IMG/VR virus record: IMGVR_UViG_3300020156_000448
Span: 32,001-96,000 of that record
DNA from: a virus
Direction: 5' to 3' (one strand)
DNA: 64,000 nt
Shown here: one piece after another, positions 9,938 through 20,400 of the stretch
How the letters are laid out: each line of letters begins with the position of its first letter
How positions within the stretch are numbered: position 1 is the stretch's first letter
The notes under the pieces: model-generated
What the model saw: only the letters and a program-made list of their open reading frames with translations
Told to the model about the DNA's origin: nothing
Databases searched by the model: none
Position numbers and translations under genes: made by a program

Positions 9938-11446
9938 TTATCGTAAATTATCTATAATTTTTTCTGCACAAATTTGCATCTTTTGGTAAATTTCTTCTGT
10001 GCGTTGAGCAATGGTGTCAGAAGCCTCCACATAAGAAGGAAAATGCTTTTGAAAAGCATCAGAGTATACATCTTTATCTTGATCCTCATACATGTAAATT
10101 CCTTGCCCAATAAAATGATTAACAATTTGAACTTGGTCTCTAAGTCTCTCAATCATACTTTTAGTTTCTGGGTCATTCATATCTGCTCCATTTTCAAGTA
10201 AATGTCGCATAATGTATGTAGTTTCATCAATTTCTACGCTAGCCTCGAAGGTTGGGACTAAATCGATGTTGTTTTCTAGTTTGTAGGCTGCGTGCCCATC
10301 AAACGAACCATAAAATTCATAGTTCGCAATTTGATTAGCTAATGCGTGAGCCTCAATTTCATCTACAAAAGATTCATTTTTAATCGATTCAATACAACTA
10401 ACTACTCCCGCAATAAACTTAGAATTTACGCTCAGATGTGTCACTAGCTTTTCAATCTTGTCGTAATTAAAATTACCGTCCTCATATAGGTTGGTACTTA
10501 TATAACTTACTAGTATATTATCCTGATCAACTAGGTCATCTATAGAGAAGCCGCCCACATCGTTTTGCATAACAATATCTGCATCTGTTGTTTTAGCTAA
10601 AAGTTCTAGCCTTGATTTATAATGTTCTAGATTAACTTTATTTTGTTCCCATAATTGATTAATCACTTCTGCATCAAGAGGCATATTGGGATGCAAGCCT
10701 CTTGGGTTATTTTTTCTATAGTTAGCCCCCACCTCTTTGACCAAAGAGTTGTTTAAATCTACTCTAAATTCTAACTCCCCATCGTCTGATCTTTGAGTAT
10801 ATATATTGGAAGCTGCTAATTCGGCATCTTCTTCAATGGTTTCTTTCGTTGAAGAATAGTCTATAGCGCCCAATACGGTCTTTCCAAACCAACTTCCGAA
10901 TAAATTATGATCATGTTTAGCATCTATTGGCTCAGTGTTTGTGTTTAAAGAAATATCTATTAAGTTCTGATCATTATCATCTAAGAACGCTGTCTCTCCC
11001 TCTTCGAGTTCAGCAACATATTCACTCTTTTTGGCAACTCCGTCAATGATGACATCATCAAATAACTCATAAATTCCAAAGGCTCGCAACAACAATACTA
11101 CTGGCTGAGCGTCATCGGAAACACCCTGCTTATCGCTTGCAGAGACAATATATAGATTTTTACCCTTACTTTTTAAGGAAAGCAATTGCTCTTTAAAGCC
11201 TTTTTCTAATTTGACCTTGCTACCTTTTGAATCTTCAATTAAAGTGTTGCTAATGAGCTTATATGGCGCTTCTGTGGCAGCAGCATATGATAGACCACCT
11301 TCAGGATTAGTGACTTCCCAAATTGTGTCATCGGCGTCGAAGATGATTGTATCATATTCGTTCAAATCATAACCTGCTACCTCTGTAGGTTTCATGTTCA
11401 TCTGAGTTAGCAATTCACTAACATCATCATTTCTATTACTTGGCAT
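9938..11446 (-). CDS. HAD-superfamily (Mdp-1-like) phosphatase fused to an unknown C-terminal domain
   Basis: Motif I IIFDADDTIW, motif II VSAS, motif III KK, motif IV FLDDND; start moved to ATG 11446 (GGAG RBS) from the ORF-track start 11503. Confidence 0.7.
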   Translation of the reverse strand: MPSNRNDDVSELLTQMNMKPTEVAGYDLNEYDTIIFDADDTIWEVTNPEGGLSYAAATEAPYKLISNTLIEDSKGSKVKLEKGFKEQLLSLKSKGKNLYIVSASDKQGVSDDAQPVVLLLRAFGIYELFDDVIIDGVAKKSEYVAELEEGETAFLDDNDQNLIDISLNTNTEPIDAKHDHNLFGSWFGKTVLGAIDYSSTKETIEEDAELAASNIYTQRSDDGELEFRVDLNNSLVKEVGANYRKNNPRGLHPNMPLDAEVINQLWEQNKVNLEHYKSRLELLAKTTDADIVMQNDVGGFSIDDLVDQDNILVSYISTNLYEDGNFNYDKIEKLVTHLSVNSKFIAGVVSCIESIKNESFVDEIEAHALANQIANYEFYGSFDGHAAYKLENNIDLVPTFEASVEIDETTYIMRHLLENGADMNDPETKSMIERLRDQVQIVNHFIGQGIYMYEDQDKDVYSDAFQKHFPSYVEASDTIAQRTEEIYQKMQICAEKIIDNLR

Positions 11447-11912
11447 TGTATTTCTCCGATCCGCTATAAGCCTTTTCTTTAAGCTCCAATATGGCTTCTC
11501 CATGTTTCGTTACATCATGCTTTATTTCAAAAATTTTACCCTCTAAGCTCTCAATCGCCTTAGCATTATTATTAATCCTCACATCGTTGACGGTTGCTTT
11601 GGTCGATATTTCATGAATGTCTTTGCTAATTTCTTTATATTCTTCTTTGCCATTATAATTAAGGGTAATTAAAATACTCGCAATGCCAACAATAGCACAA
11701 ATGCCAGCAAATGCCAGATTTAGCCAACTATCGACACTAGGCTTCTGGGGCTTTTCATCAGCAGAGAGCATATTTTCTAATATTTTCTTAGCTAAATACT
11801 GATCGGTCATCTTACTAAAAAATTGTTTATTTCTAGTAATAGCCATGTCTAAGTCTTGGATATGCTCGTTAGCAGCCTCTAACTCTTCTATATTAATCTT
11901 CTTTTTATCCAC
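11436..11912 (-). CDS. single-pass membrane protein with coiled coil
   Basis: Hydrophobic segment WLNLAFAGICAIVGIASILITLNY followed by a heptad-rich tail. Confidence 0.55.
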   Translation of the reverse strand: MDKKKINIEELEAANEHIQDLDMAITRNKQFFSKMTDQYLAKKILENMLSADEKPQKPSVDSWLNLAFAGICAIVGIASILITLNYNGKEEYKEISKDIHEISTKATVNDVRINNNAKAIESLEGKIFEIKHDVTKHGEAILELKEKAYSGSEKYNAK

Positions 11913-11915
11913 GAC

Positions 11916-13139
11916 TTACCTCTGTTTGTTTATGCGATCACTGCCCTTTACAATCTTCTTGTCAACTGAAGCGAAAGTCTTCTGAAAGTCTTTCCATGAT
12001 TTAATTTTGCTAATTCTGTCTCTTCTTTGCTCCCGACGCTTACGGTTTCTGTATTCTTTACGTCGCTGGATTCTCTCGTACATATGAGTATTATTATAAG
12101 CTGTTTTATACCACGATTTAGTATCTTCAAGATACAAATGATCCTTAACTGTGGAGACAGTTCCCAACTGAGAATCTAGCAAATCAATTGCTGTAGTAGA
12201 ATCTATTAGGTCTTGTATATAAAGGCTTGCTAAAGCCTGCTGAAGATTATTCTTAATGTCAGTATTAAGTAAATCTTGATAAGCAAGACATAATTGCAAC
12301 TTGTTCGCTGTTTTATCCAAGCTACATAAAACATTAGAAGCAGCCATATACTTGATTCCCATTTGCCTCTTTATTGAATGATCAAATATTTCATGAGGAA
12401 TCGGAATAGTATCGTATAGCTTGTATTTTTTAAACATAGCATCCGCCTTCTCATTGTCTATATCAAAGATGTCTCTTACAAGATTTTCAACAAAGCGCTC
12501 ACTTCTATCTGCTGTAGCTTGTGGTAAAAGTCCTATGCCGTAAGGAATTTCCTTTTTAAGGTCTTCTGTTGGTTCTAGTTCAAACTCCAACTGAAAACGC
12601 ATCATTCTTAAAATAATAAATGGATTAAACTCAATGGCGCTTCTGGCTGGAATAGGAGTTCTAATAACCTTGTTCTTTATCAGGTCGTCATAGCCTTGAC
12701 CAGTAACATCCAAAAATTTCTCATTAATTACATCGTAGCACATGGTATCGATTGTAAAGTCTCTCTCATAAATATTCTTATAAAGAAAAGTAATCGGAAT
12801 TCCTAGGCGCTGCATTTCGCCTTCTATTGGAAAGTGCACATGAGGATTATCAATACTCTGAAATTCAAAGTTATAACCATTGCATACTATTTTTTTTGTA
12901 CCTGTGTACTCGTACACAATAGGCTCTCCAAGACCAAACCTCTTTGAAAAATCCTGCAAAATTGCTTCCATTTTTCCTTCACGCGAAATCACATCAAAAT
13001 CTTGAATATCTTCGACTGGAACACCAAGCAGCCAGTCGCGCACGAATCCACCAACAATCAATGGATAATCACCAACTGCCTTGCCTGACTGTGCCAGTTT
13101 TTGAAAAGCATCTACTAGATTTTGAGGTAAGTCGCGCAT
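11916..13139 (-). CDS. class II (CCA/poly(A)-polymerase family) nucleotidyltransferase with a divergent templating motif and basic C-terminal extension
   Basis: IVGGFVRDWLLG...QDFDV catalytic motif; ERDFTID; motif D reads EFNPFIILRMMRF instead of xEDPLRxLRxxRF; tail ERIQRRKEYRNRKRREQRR. Confidence 0.85.
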   Translation of the reverse strand: MRDLPQNLVDAFQKLAQSGKAVGDYPLIVGGFVRDWLLGVPVEDIQDFDVISREGKMEAILQDFSKRFGLGEPIVYEYTGTKKIVCNGYNFEFQSIDNPHVHFPIEGEMQRLGIPITFLYKNIYERDFTIDTMCYDVINEKFLDVTGQGYDDLIKNKVIRTPIPARSAIEFNPFIILRMMRFQLEFELEPTEDLKKEIPYGIGLLPQATADRSERFVENLVRDIFDIDNEKADAMFKKYKLYDTIPIPHEIFDHSIKRQMGIKYMAASNVLCSLDKTANKLQLCLAYQDLLNTDIKNNLQQALASLYIQDLIDSTTAIDLLDSQLGTVSTVKDHLYLEDTKSWYKTAYNNTHMYERIQRRKEYRNRKRREQRRDRISKIKSWKDFQKTFASVDKKIVKGSDRINKQR

Positions 13140-13140
13140 A

Positions 13141-13503
13141 TTATTTTCCTTTTAAGTGCGTAATATCAATCAAATCCCAAAATTTGGTTCCAATATGAAC
13201 ATTACGATCACTAAACCAATCTTTGCGTGTTTCAATAACATACTTAACATTATAGTCTTTTGAATTAACGGGCTGTTCCTGATTTGCTTCTAATTGAGCT
13301 ACGTGAACTAAAGAGCCACCCATGTCAAAGAAAGCCACATCAATAGGGAAAGAGACATTTTTATTCCAAAATGACTGCCTTGAAGGTCTATCAAAAACAA
13401 AAAGACCGCATTCATCATCGGGAAGAGGTTCACTAAACATTAACCCTTTTTCTCTATCTCTTTCATTAATTGCTAAAAGTGTTATTTTTAGTCTTCGTTC
13501 CAT
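13141..13503 (-). CDS. DUF192 family protein
   Basis: A.....REKGLMF...L..DE.GLFVF......FWNKNVSFPIDVAFFD...YVIE..WF signature. Confidence 0.85.
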   Translation of the reverse strand: MERRLKITLLAINERDREKGLMFSEPLPDDECGLFVFDRPSRQSFWNKNVSFPIDVAFFDMGGSLVHVAQLEANQEQPVNSKDYNVKYVIETRKDWFSDRNVHIGTKFWDLIDITHLKGK

Positions 13504-14165
13504 TCCTTAATAATTCTCCATTTTCCATTGTTATCTCTAACTATTTTTTCACCTTGATTTGGAGAAGGAAACTCCAAAGCTGGTGTATTTTGAGTGCTAC
13601 AAGTCTGAATAATATTCTTTAGGCAACGTGAAGTCTTAGATAAAGAAGAAGAATTATCAAGCATTAACTTAACCAATATTTCATGCCCTTTATCTGTCAA
13701 ACTTACGTCATGCCCAGCGCCCTTCAATAACCCCTGTGCCTTTAAGCGATTAAGCTCGTTATCTGAAAGGTTTGAAATCCTAAACACCTTCTCTGGGGCG
13801 TTACTTGAATCTTGGATAATGCTTGCACTATCCCACGCTTTAAAAAGTAAACTCTTATCCTCTTCGGCTGTTACTTGATGAAATCCATTTGATTTCATAA
13901 TTTGTTCAAGAAGAGGGGAAACATTAAAATACATGACCCCATCACCACTGGCTGTTGGCGCTGAGGAGTTATTAAGAACATAATCAACCAAGCTTCTTTG
14001 ACCCATATTAGACCACTGGAGCTTATCTGTTATATGTTGAGATGGACCCTGCATGGTATTTTGGTCAAAACCATGAGCAGGAAAGAAGTTTTGTGCAACC
14101 TTTACCATTCCGTTCTTTTGCGCAACACGTTGCTGATGTGCATTGGGAGTTCTAAAAAAACGCAT
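13488..14165 (-). CDS. hypothetical protein with a possible winged-helix segment
   Basis: ELNRLKAQGLLKG....VSLTDKGHEIL resembles a wHTH wing; N-terminal RVAQ and KVAQ motifs. Confidence 0.5.
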   Translation of the reverse strand: MRFFRTPNAHQQRVAQKNGMVKVAQNFFPAHGFDQNTMQGPSQHITDKLQWSNMGQRSLVDYVLNNSSAPTASGDGVMYFNVSPLLEQIMKSNGFHQVTAEEDKSLLFKAWDSASIIQDSSNAPEKVFRISNLSDNELNRLKAQGLLKGAGHDVSLTDKGHEILVKLMLDNSSSLSKTSRCLKNIIQTCSTQNTPALEFPSPNQGEKIVRDNNGKWRIIKEWNED

Positions 14166-14206
14166 AATTCACCGCCATTAAAATTGATCTTGTTCTTATT
14201 ATACTA

Positions 14207-14232
14207 TTTAATGTATACAAATACAAAATCCT
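14207..14232 (-). promoter_or_regulatory. candidate SigH-type late promoter (weak)
   Basis: Minus strand CAGGA-N18-TAAA followed by TAGTATAAT, in the only sizeable intergenic gap of the NTase cluster. Confidence 0.35.
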
Positions 14233-14247
14233 GCGGGAACATTGGCG

Positions 14248-14985
14248 CTATATGATAAATTGCTCAAAACCATACTCTTGCAGCAATCTCTTTCCATTGT
14301 CTGGATTGGGCTTTAGTATTTTCTCAATAGTTTTTGAAGCCTTATCAATATCTATTTCAGTTAGAATATGTTCTCTATGTTTTCTAATGGCTGCATCAAG
14401 CTCATTATCTATAGTGAAATCATATCTGTTAGCAAAAACTAATGCTCGAAGAGCAATTATGGAGTTTGTCTTAACTGATAAATCTGCATTGACAGGACAT
14501 CTAATAATCCCATCATCCAAATCTTTTTTTGCCGTACCTAATACGTCATAAATTTTACCGCTTCTCAAGCTCATGATTAATGTATTTATAGTAAAATCAC
14601 GAGAAATAATATCAAAACTTAAATTGTTTTGGGGAAGATTGGTTTTTCTTAACTCAGGAAGAAGATCAAAGTTTTTTAAATTAGCCTTACAATCAATGTC
14701 CAAGCCATTGACACTAAGTTTTCCTGTACCTGTTTTATGGCTATATTCAACAGGAACACCAAATCTCTCTGCTACCGCGCCTGCTAGATAAAGACCGTGA
14801 TAATTTTCCGCCATAAGGTCAATATCGCTTTCACGTGTATGTTCTTTGCCCCAGTATTCATCTCTGCAAAATCCACCTACTGCAAATGCAATGAATCCTA
14901 AAGAATGCGTAATTTCGTCTATTCCGTTTAGCACAGAATAAACAACTGCTTCCTCTTGGCTTTTTGGCTTTTTATTTATTGGCAT
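14248..14985 (-). CDS. minimal class II (CCA/poly(A)-polymerase family) nucleotidyltransferase with a divergent templating motif
   Basis: AVGGFCRDEYWG...SDIDL; SRDFTINT; motif D reads KTNSIIALRALVF; head and neck plus a short body only (245 aa). Confidence 0.82.
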   Translation of the reverse strand: MPINKKPKSQEEAVVYSVLNGIDEITHSLGFIAFAVGGFCRDEYWGKEHTRESDIDLMAENYHGLYLAGAVAERFGVPVEYSHKTGTGKLSVNGLDIDCKANLKNFDLLPELRKTNLPQNNLSFDIISRDFTINTLIMSLRSGKIYDVLGTAKKDLDDGIIRCPVNADLSVKTNSIIALRALVFANRYDFTIDNELDAAIRKHREHILTEIDIDKASKTIEKILKPNPDNGKRLLQEYGFEQFII

Positions 14986-14994
14986 TCATATCAC

Positions 14995-15417
14995 CTATTT
15001 AGAGCCTCTAACAATACCTTTTTTATCCAAAGCTTCGTTTGCCCAATCTCTAATAGTGCCATTGTTTAAATGATTTACAAGCTCCATTGCATTAAATCGT
15101 TTCATTACAAGTGGAACGTTACACATTAAAGCTTCTCTAAATATGTCGTCCTTCGGCTCGCATCCTGATATAAATACAGCCTTGTGACTCAAACCCATTT
15201 TATGTAATTCGTTATATACATCTATGCCACTTATTCCATTGAGATAGAGATCAATTATATAATAATCTACCAAAGGTTCGAATCTACCATCTTGAACTGT
15301 CTTCAATGCTTCTTGAGCACTGCTTACAAATTCAGTCTCATGACCCAGCGCTTTAAACATTTCGGACAATGTAAAAGCTGTCAGTTCGTGATCATCTATG
15401 ATGCATACTTTTAGCAC
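14995..15417 (-). CDS. single-domain (CheY-like) response regulator
   Basis: IIDDHE acidic pocket, phosphoacceptor in IIDLYLNGISG, FISG, conserved Lys in MKRF; no output domain. Confidence 0.9.
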   Translation of the reverse strand: MLKVCIIDDHELTAFTLSEMFKALGHETEFVSSAQEALKTVQDGRFEPLVDYYIIDLYLNGISGIDVYNELHKMGLSHKAVFISGCEPKDDIFREALMCNVPLVMKRFNAMELVNHLNNGTIRDWANEALDKKGIVRGSK

Positions 15418-15430
15418 AATTCACTCTCCA

Positions 15431-16957
15431 TTAATCCTTGTTAATCCTTATACTAAAGACTGTGTTTCCAGGCTCACTACTCTCTAGATTTAGTTCCATA
15501 TTGGCATTAGAAGCAAATACCTTGCTCAAATATAATCCTAAGCCTGTACCTGGAACTTCTCTAAAAGGTCTAAAAAAAGGATTAAACAAACGGTATTGAA
15601 GATTTGATGGGATGCCTCTACCATTATCCCTAACTTGAATTAAGTAATAATCTTCATTCTCTACAACATCAACTACTATCTTGCCTTCCTTTCTACTATA
15701 CGCCTTATCTTTATAGCTTGCAATAGCCTTTCTTGCATTGCTCAGCAAATTGATAACAACCTGTCTTAATATGTTATTTGCAGCAATTGCTCTAATTGAA
15801 GCAGGACCATTATATAATATCTTGATTTGGTTTTCTTTATAATCGGAACTTAGACAATATGTTTTAATAGTTTCCTGTAGTAAAACCGCTAAGTCTACTT
15901 CTTTTGTGTCACCTATTATAGCTTGTATTATATCTTCTTCAGTATTGTAACCCCGAATACTTCCAAAGCTCATAATGTTGCCTACAATTGTTTCAATAGA
16001 ATTTGCCGATTGTTTGATTGCTTGCAGGTATTCTAATTTCTTATCCGCTTCTAGGTCAATCAGTCCTTTGACATTACCTATTAAAAGATCAGCAGCGTTA
16101 TCTATTGCCTGAACTGGTGATCTTGTTTCATGAGTAATGCCAGAGATGAATGAATTAATAGCAGTAATTGTAAACTTTTGCATCTCTAAACCAAGAGTAT
16201 CCTTGAACTCGTTTAATTCTTGAACTGGATTTCTTATGGCTAATCCAGCAATATATATATCTCCTCTATAGCAATTAAAAGGGAATTTGAATACGAGCCA
16301 ACTAACCATGTCTCCTGTAGCATCTGGAACTTCTTCAAACAACTCTACGGGAACGTTTCCCTTAAGCATCATTTTGTCATGTTCTACTAATTCGGCTGCT
16401 ACACTTTTAGGGAATAAATCAAAATCGGTTTTACCAATTACTTCCTCTACTGAACTTCGTGCAAGTTCAGCAAATCTCTTATTGACATAAATGTACTCAC
16501 CTTTGCTATTTTTCATAAAAGCTATTGCTGGACTGTTTTCCATAAAGCTTTCAAACAAAGATTGACTTCTTCTTAATTCAAGATCGGCTTTAACTCGTTG
16601 TGTAATATCTTGGATAAAACGATAATGACCTTGAAAGACCATATCCTCATTATAGCATGCTACAATAACTAGGCGTTTATAATATACTTCACCGTCCTTT
16701 TTGACGCCCTTTAGTTCTAATTCGGTTTTACCATCTTGCAGCATCTTTTCAATAGCGCTATTGGCTTCATTATGACAATCTGGATGAATCGTGGTCGTCC
16801 ATGGCTTACCAATTAACTCATTCATATCATAACCACATATATTCGCGTAGGACATATTCAAGGAAATGTATTCTCCCTCAGCATTAATCAATGCTATTCC
16901 ATCCAATGCGTGCATCATAATATTATTGAATTGATAAAGACCCTCATTCTTATCCAT
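15431..16957 (-). CDS. cytoplasmic PAS-PAS sensor histidine kinase
   Basis: Two PAS/PAC repeats (…QDITQR…); H-box ITHETRSP; N-box QVVINLLSNARKA; G1 DNGRGI; F-box LFNPFF; G2 GTGLGL; no TM segment. Confidence 0.93.
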   Translation of the reverse strand: MDKNEGLYQFNNIMMHALDGIALINAEGEYISLNMSYANICGYDMNELIGKPWTTTIHPDCHNEANSAIEKMLQDGKTELELKGVKKDGEVYYKRLVIVACYNEDMVFQGHYRFIQDITQRVKADLELRRSQSLFESFMENSPAIAFMKNSKGEYIYVNKRFAELARSSVEEVIGKTDFDLFPKSVAAELVEHDKMMLKGNVPVELFEEVPDATGDMVSWLVFKFPFNCYRGDIYIAGLAIRNPVQELNEFKDTLGLEMQKFTITAINSFISGITHETRSPVQAIDNAADLLIGNVKGLIDLEADKKLEYLQAIKQSANSIETIVGNIMSFGSIRGYNTEEDIIQAIIGDTKEVDLAVLLQETIKTYCLSSDYKENQIKILYNGPASIRAIAANNILRQVVINLLSNARKAIASYKDKAYSRKEGKIVVDVVENEDYYLIQVRDNGRGIPSNLQYRLFNPFFRPFREVPGTGLGLYLSKVFASNANMELNLESSEPGNTVFSIRINKD

Positions 16958-16964
16958 TTTACTC

Positions 16965-17444
16965 TTAGTGTGGTCCTCCTGTATATCCAGTTACGTTTTC
17001 TCCACCAATGATGTCGCTTTCAACGTCTCTGTTGTGAGACCAACTTCCAGGATTACCCTTAGAATAATCTGTTTTAGGATTAAATCTAGGCTGTCTACGT
17101 ATGCGTCCATCATACTTAGGATTACCCTTGCTATGGACTTCTTCTTTTTCTATCTTTCCTGTGCCATCGCAAACTTCGCATTGTGGGTTCATTCCATAGC
17201 AGCGTTTGCATGGCTTTTCTACCTTGATTTTACGGGAGCCATTAGGCTTTGTGCCTTTATCTGTTCCGTGCTCTTCTGTCATAGAGGGTTGAAGTTTTTG
17301 TTTATAGTTAATTACTCTCTCAGTGTCATATTCTGGATCGCTGCCAAAAGTATTATTCTCAGACCAAGGCGTAGCAATGCCTTGCCCATTATATTGAGCT
17401 TCAATTTGGTTTGCTATTATTTGAAATGCTTTTTTAAGACCCAT
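16965..17444 (-). CDS. hypothetical protein with a DnaJ-type zinc finger
   Basis: CKRCYG...CEVCDGTGK (CxxCxGxG-type pair). Confidence 0.6.
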   Translation of the reverse strand: MGLKKAFQIIANQIEAQYNGQGIATPWSENNTFGSDPEYDTERVINYKQKLQPSMTEEHGTDKGTKPNGSRKIKVEKPCKRCYGMNPQCEVCDGTGKIEKEEVHSKGNPKYDGRIRRQPRFNPKTDYSKGNPGSWSHNRDVESDIIGGENVTGYTGGPH

Positions 17445-20400
17445 TTATTCCCCCATGAACATAGGCATACGGCTGGTGATATTGTTTTCATAACCAGTAA
17501 GGTTTACCCTATATTTTTCATTATGTCTCAAAAAGTCCATTACAGACATCAAGTTACCGAATTTAATTGGCTTATCTGGTCTATCATAAGCTCTCATCAT
17601 ATAATTTCCAGATTGTTCATCTTGATAAAAATACAACATTCTTCTATGACCTTTATCAATGTTTTCTGGACGCTCTCTGCCAGAGTCCATATCAATCTCA
17701 AATTTGAATTTATAATTCGGGTATTCCTTATCGTGTAATTGGTCCAAATTTTGATGATTATTATTTCCTGGGGTCAACCTACTTGGATCAGCATCAGGAA
17801 TTGGCTCAGGACTAATTGGATATAGAGAATTCATTAGCTGTGCTGATTTAACGCTTGCGTAATAATCTCTCATAGGTTCTGCTGGATTAATATTGCCATG
17901 CATAGAAGATGGATTAGGGGTAAGCACAATGGATTTACGTGGTCGGTCTTTTGGTTGATCTTTAACCTGACCTTTGCCGCCTCCAAGATTAACCTCATTA
18001 GCTTTATCATCAGAATTCCATCTATTTGATCTTGGCTGAGTTTTCATTACAGGATAAATATCTTTAGCAATCTTTCTAAACATAGAAGTCATAGACGCGA
18101 GAGTATTCTTAGATGCTTCTTGCTTAATAAAGCTGGCTGCTTCTTCTTTTGAATTAACTCTTTTTTGCATCTGCGCCCTCACAAGGTTACTAATAAGTGT
18201 GTTCATCCAAGCTCCAGGTTTAATGTCTGGATTTACTTCTTTAACGATATTAAGAATTTCGTTTCCATTTAATAATGGTGTAATTACTTGTTTTCCTTCA
18301 TCTTTAATATTGCGATAGTTAGAGTACAACACCTCTTCAACTGCGCCTTTATCTACAGCAATAGCAGGATTGACCAAGATAGGCAGAATAGACAGAAGCC
18401 AACTACCTGCTGGCTTGCCTGTAATTTCTGCTGCCAGCGCTAATTTCTTCACTATATCGAAAGCTTGATTTCTGCTTGTAATTTTCTGGTCAATTTGCAA
18501 ATCAACAAGCTGTTTGTTTAGTAACCCAATCCATCTCAAATCCTTCGAAATCATGCTTCCAAATAGGGTCATTATTTCATTGCCATTGATAAATGGAGTC
18601 AATCTGCCTTGAATTCTCTGGAGACCGCCATTCTCATCCTGCTGTAAATGCTGTAGTGCAGCAACAAGATAATCATCTGTATTTCCAGGCTCTTTATGAG
18701 CGCGTCTATCAGCCATAGCTAACATAAGAAGATCAAAGATTTCATCATTCATCTTTTTGCCATATGCGCCCTTCATTGTAATCAATAGTCTTCCAAGCTG
18801 CGACTCAAGTTGAGTAGGGTCATTGATGACTTTATCAAGTCCTAGAACCTCATCATGCATTTTTACCAATGTGCTAATATTGGTAATTTCTTCCGTTGAG
18901 AATTTTAAACGCTGCAAATTAGCAAGAGTCTGCTCTGTCGATATTTCAGGGTGCCCAAAGTATCTTCTTTTTGAGACATTGCCTTCGCCATCGAACTCTT
19001 CCTGATAGCCTTTATCACCTTTAAACAATTTGCCTACATCATGAAATAATGCAGCCATATTGAGAGTAAATAACTTTTGAGGGTCTTTCACTCCATGTTG
19101 TTGTACCACTTGCTGCAAATGACTCATAACAGTCATTGTATGATCCCAAATGGATTCGTAGTGGTGTGGGTTCAAATGATCCATATCCCAGTTCTGCTCT
19201 GCCTGAACGGGAAGCTTTAACACAAATTGAAGGAGTCCACATTCCTTCATGAGCTTCAGGCTTTGTGCTGCGTTCGGAAGACTCATAATTTTTCTGAATT
19301 CTTCAGCTACTCTTTCGGCAGAAAGCTTTGGAGTATAATCATATTTCCAAAATTCAGAGTCTAATTCGTCGCCTTTTACGCCAATTAGATGTGGATTTTG
19401 TTTTATATAATCTACAATTGGGCTATCGATTTTAAAATCATGCTGGGCTGCTTGCCTAATTGCACGTAAAATACGAAGCGGGTCATCTTGAAAAATAGTA
19501 TCAATGGCGCTTGGGTCAGTGATTCTGATTGTTTTTTCCTGCACGTCTTGTAGCCCATGTCCTGTTGGATCATGAAGCGCACCCTCTATATCGCCTTGAA
19601 TATATTTATCGAGATCAAGGAACATAGCATTCATGCCAAAATCTCTGCGATTGGCATCCTCTTGAAAATTACCCATCTCTGTTCTTGGTTTGCGGCTTCC
19701 AGGTTCATATCTTTCTGTGCGAGGATATGCAATTTCCACCTCTCCAATTGGAGTAGGGACAGCATAAATACCGAAGGCTTCGCCTCTAGGAATTTGCCTT
19801 CCAAATTGCTTTGCTAATAATAAGCTGGGATTTATCGATGTTTCGAATGGGGCATTAGATATTAGCTGTGGTTTCTTTTTAGAATTATCCATATAATCAA
19901 TATCGGCGGTAATTCTAAAAAACTCTGATCTATAGTCAGATTGTTCTAAATTAAAGCTATTAACACGAACGAGCTTCTTTGCGCCCTCAAGATTATTTTG
20001 TATAAAACTCATTGGATCGCGCTGTGCTTCATCAATGAATGGCTGAATCTGTCTCATGTAAGTCTCAGTATCAGCTACATCCACCATAATATCTAAATCT
20101 TTTGGAGATTTTTTGCCAACCAATAAATCACGAACAAATCCGCCAGTAGCATATGGAACTAGTCCAACGGCACGAGACTTCTCAACAATATCTGATATCA
20201 CCTCCATATACTCTTGAGGAATGCTTATTTGTCTATTGTAAGCCTGTGCAAAATTAAACAGGTATCTTGCAAATGATCCTGTTTTTTTCATGTTTTTTGC
20301 ACCAGCCATCCATACCCAATCAGGTCCATATTCTTGATCCATATCCGCTACAAACCCACCAAGCTCCTCTGCTTCTTCAGGAGTAACTGTGGGTTTTTTA

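Noticed and set aside
11436-11912. Holin or i-spanin call for the single-TM coiled-coil protein
   Set aside because: No endolysin or o-spanin is adjacent, and topology alone is insufficient.
16968-17738. 256-aa plus-strand ORF (and the many other plus-strand ORFs in the track)
   Set aside because: They lie antisense to well-supported minus-strand genes, have shadow-like composition and show no recognisable motifs.
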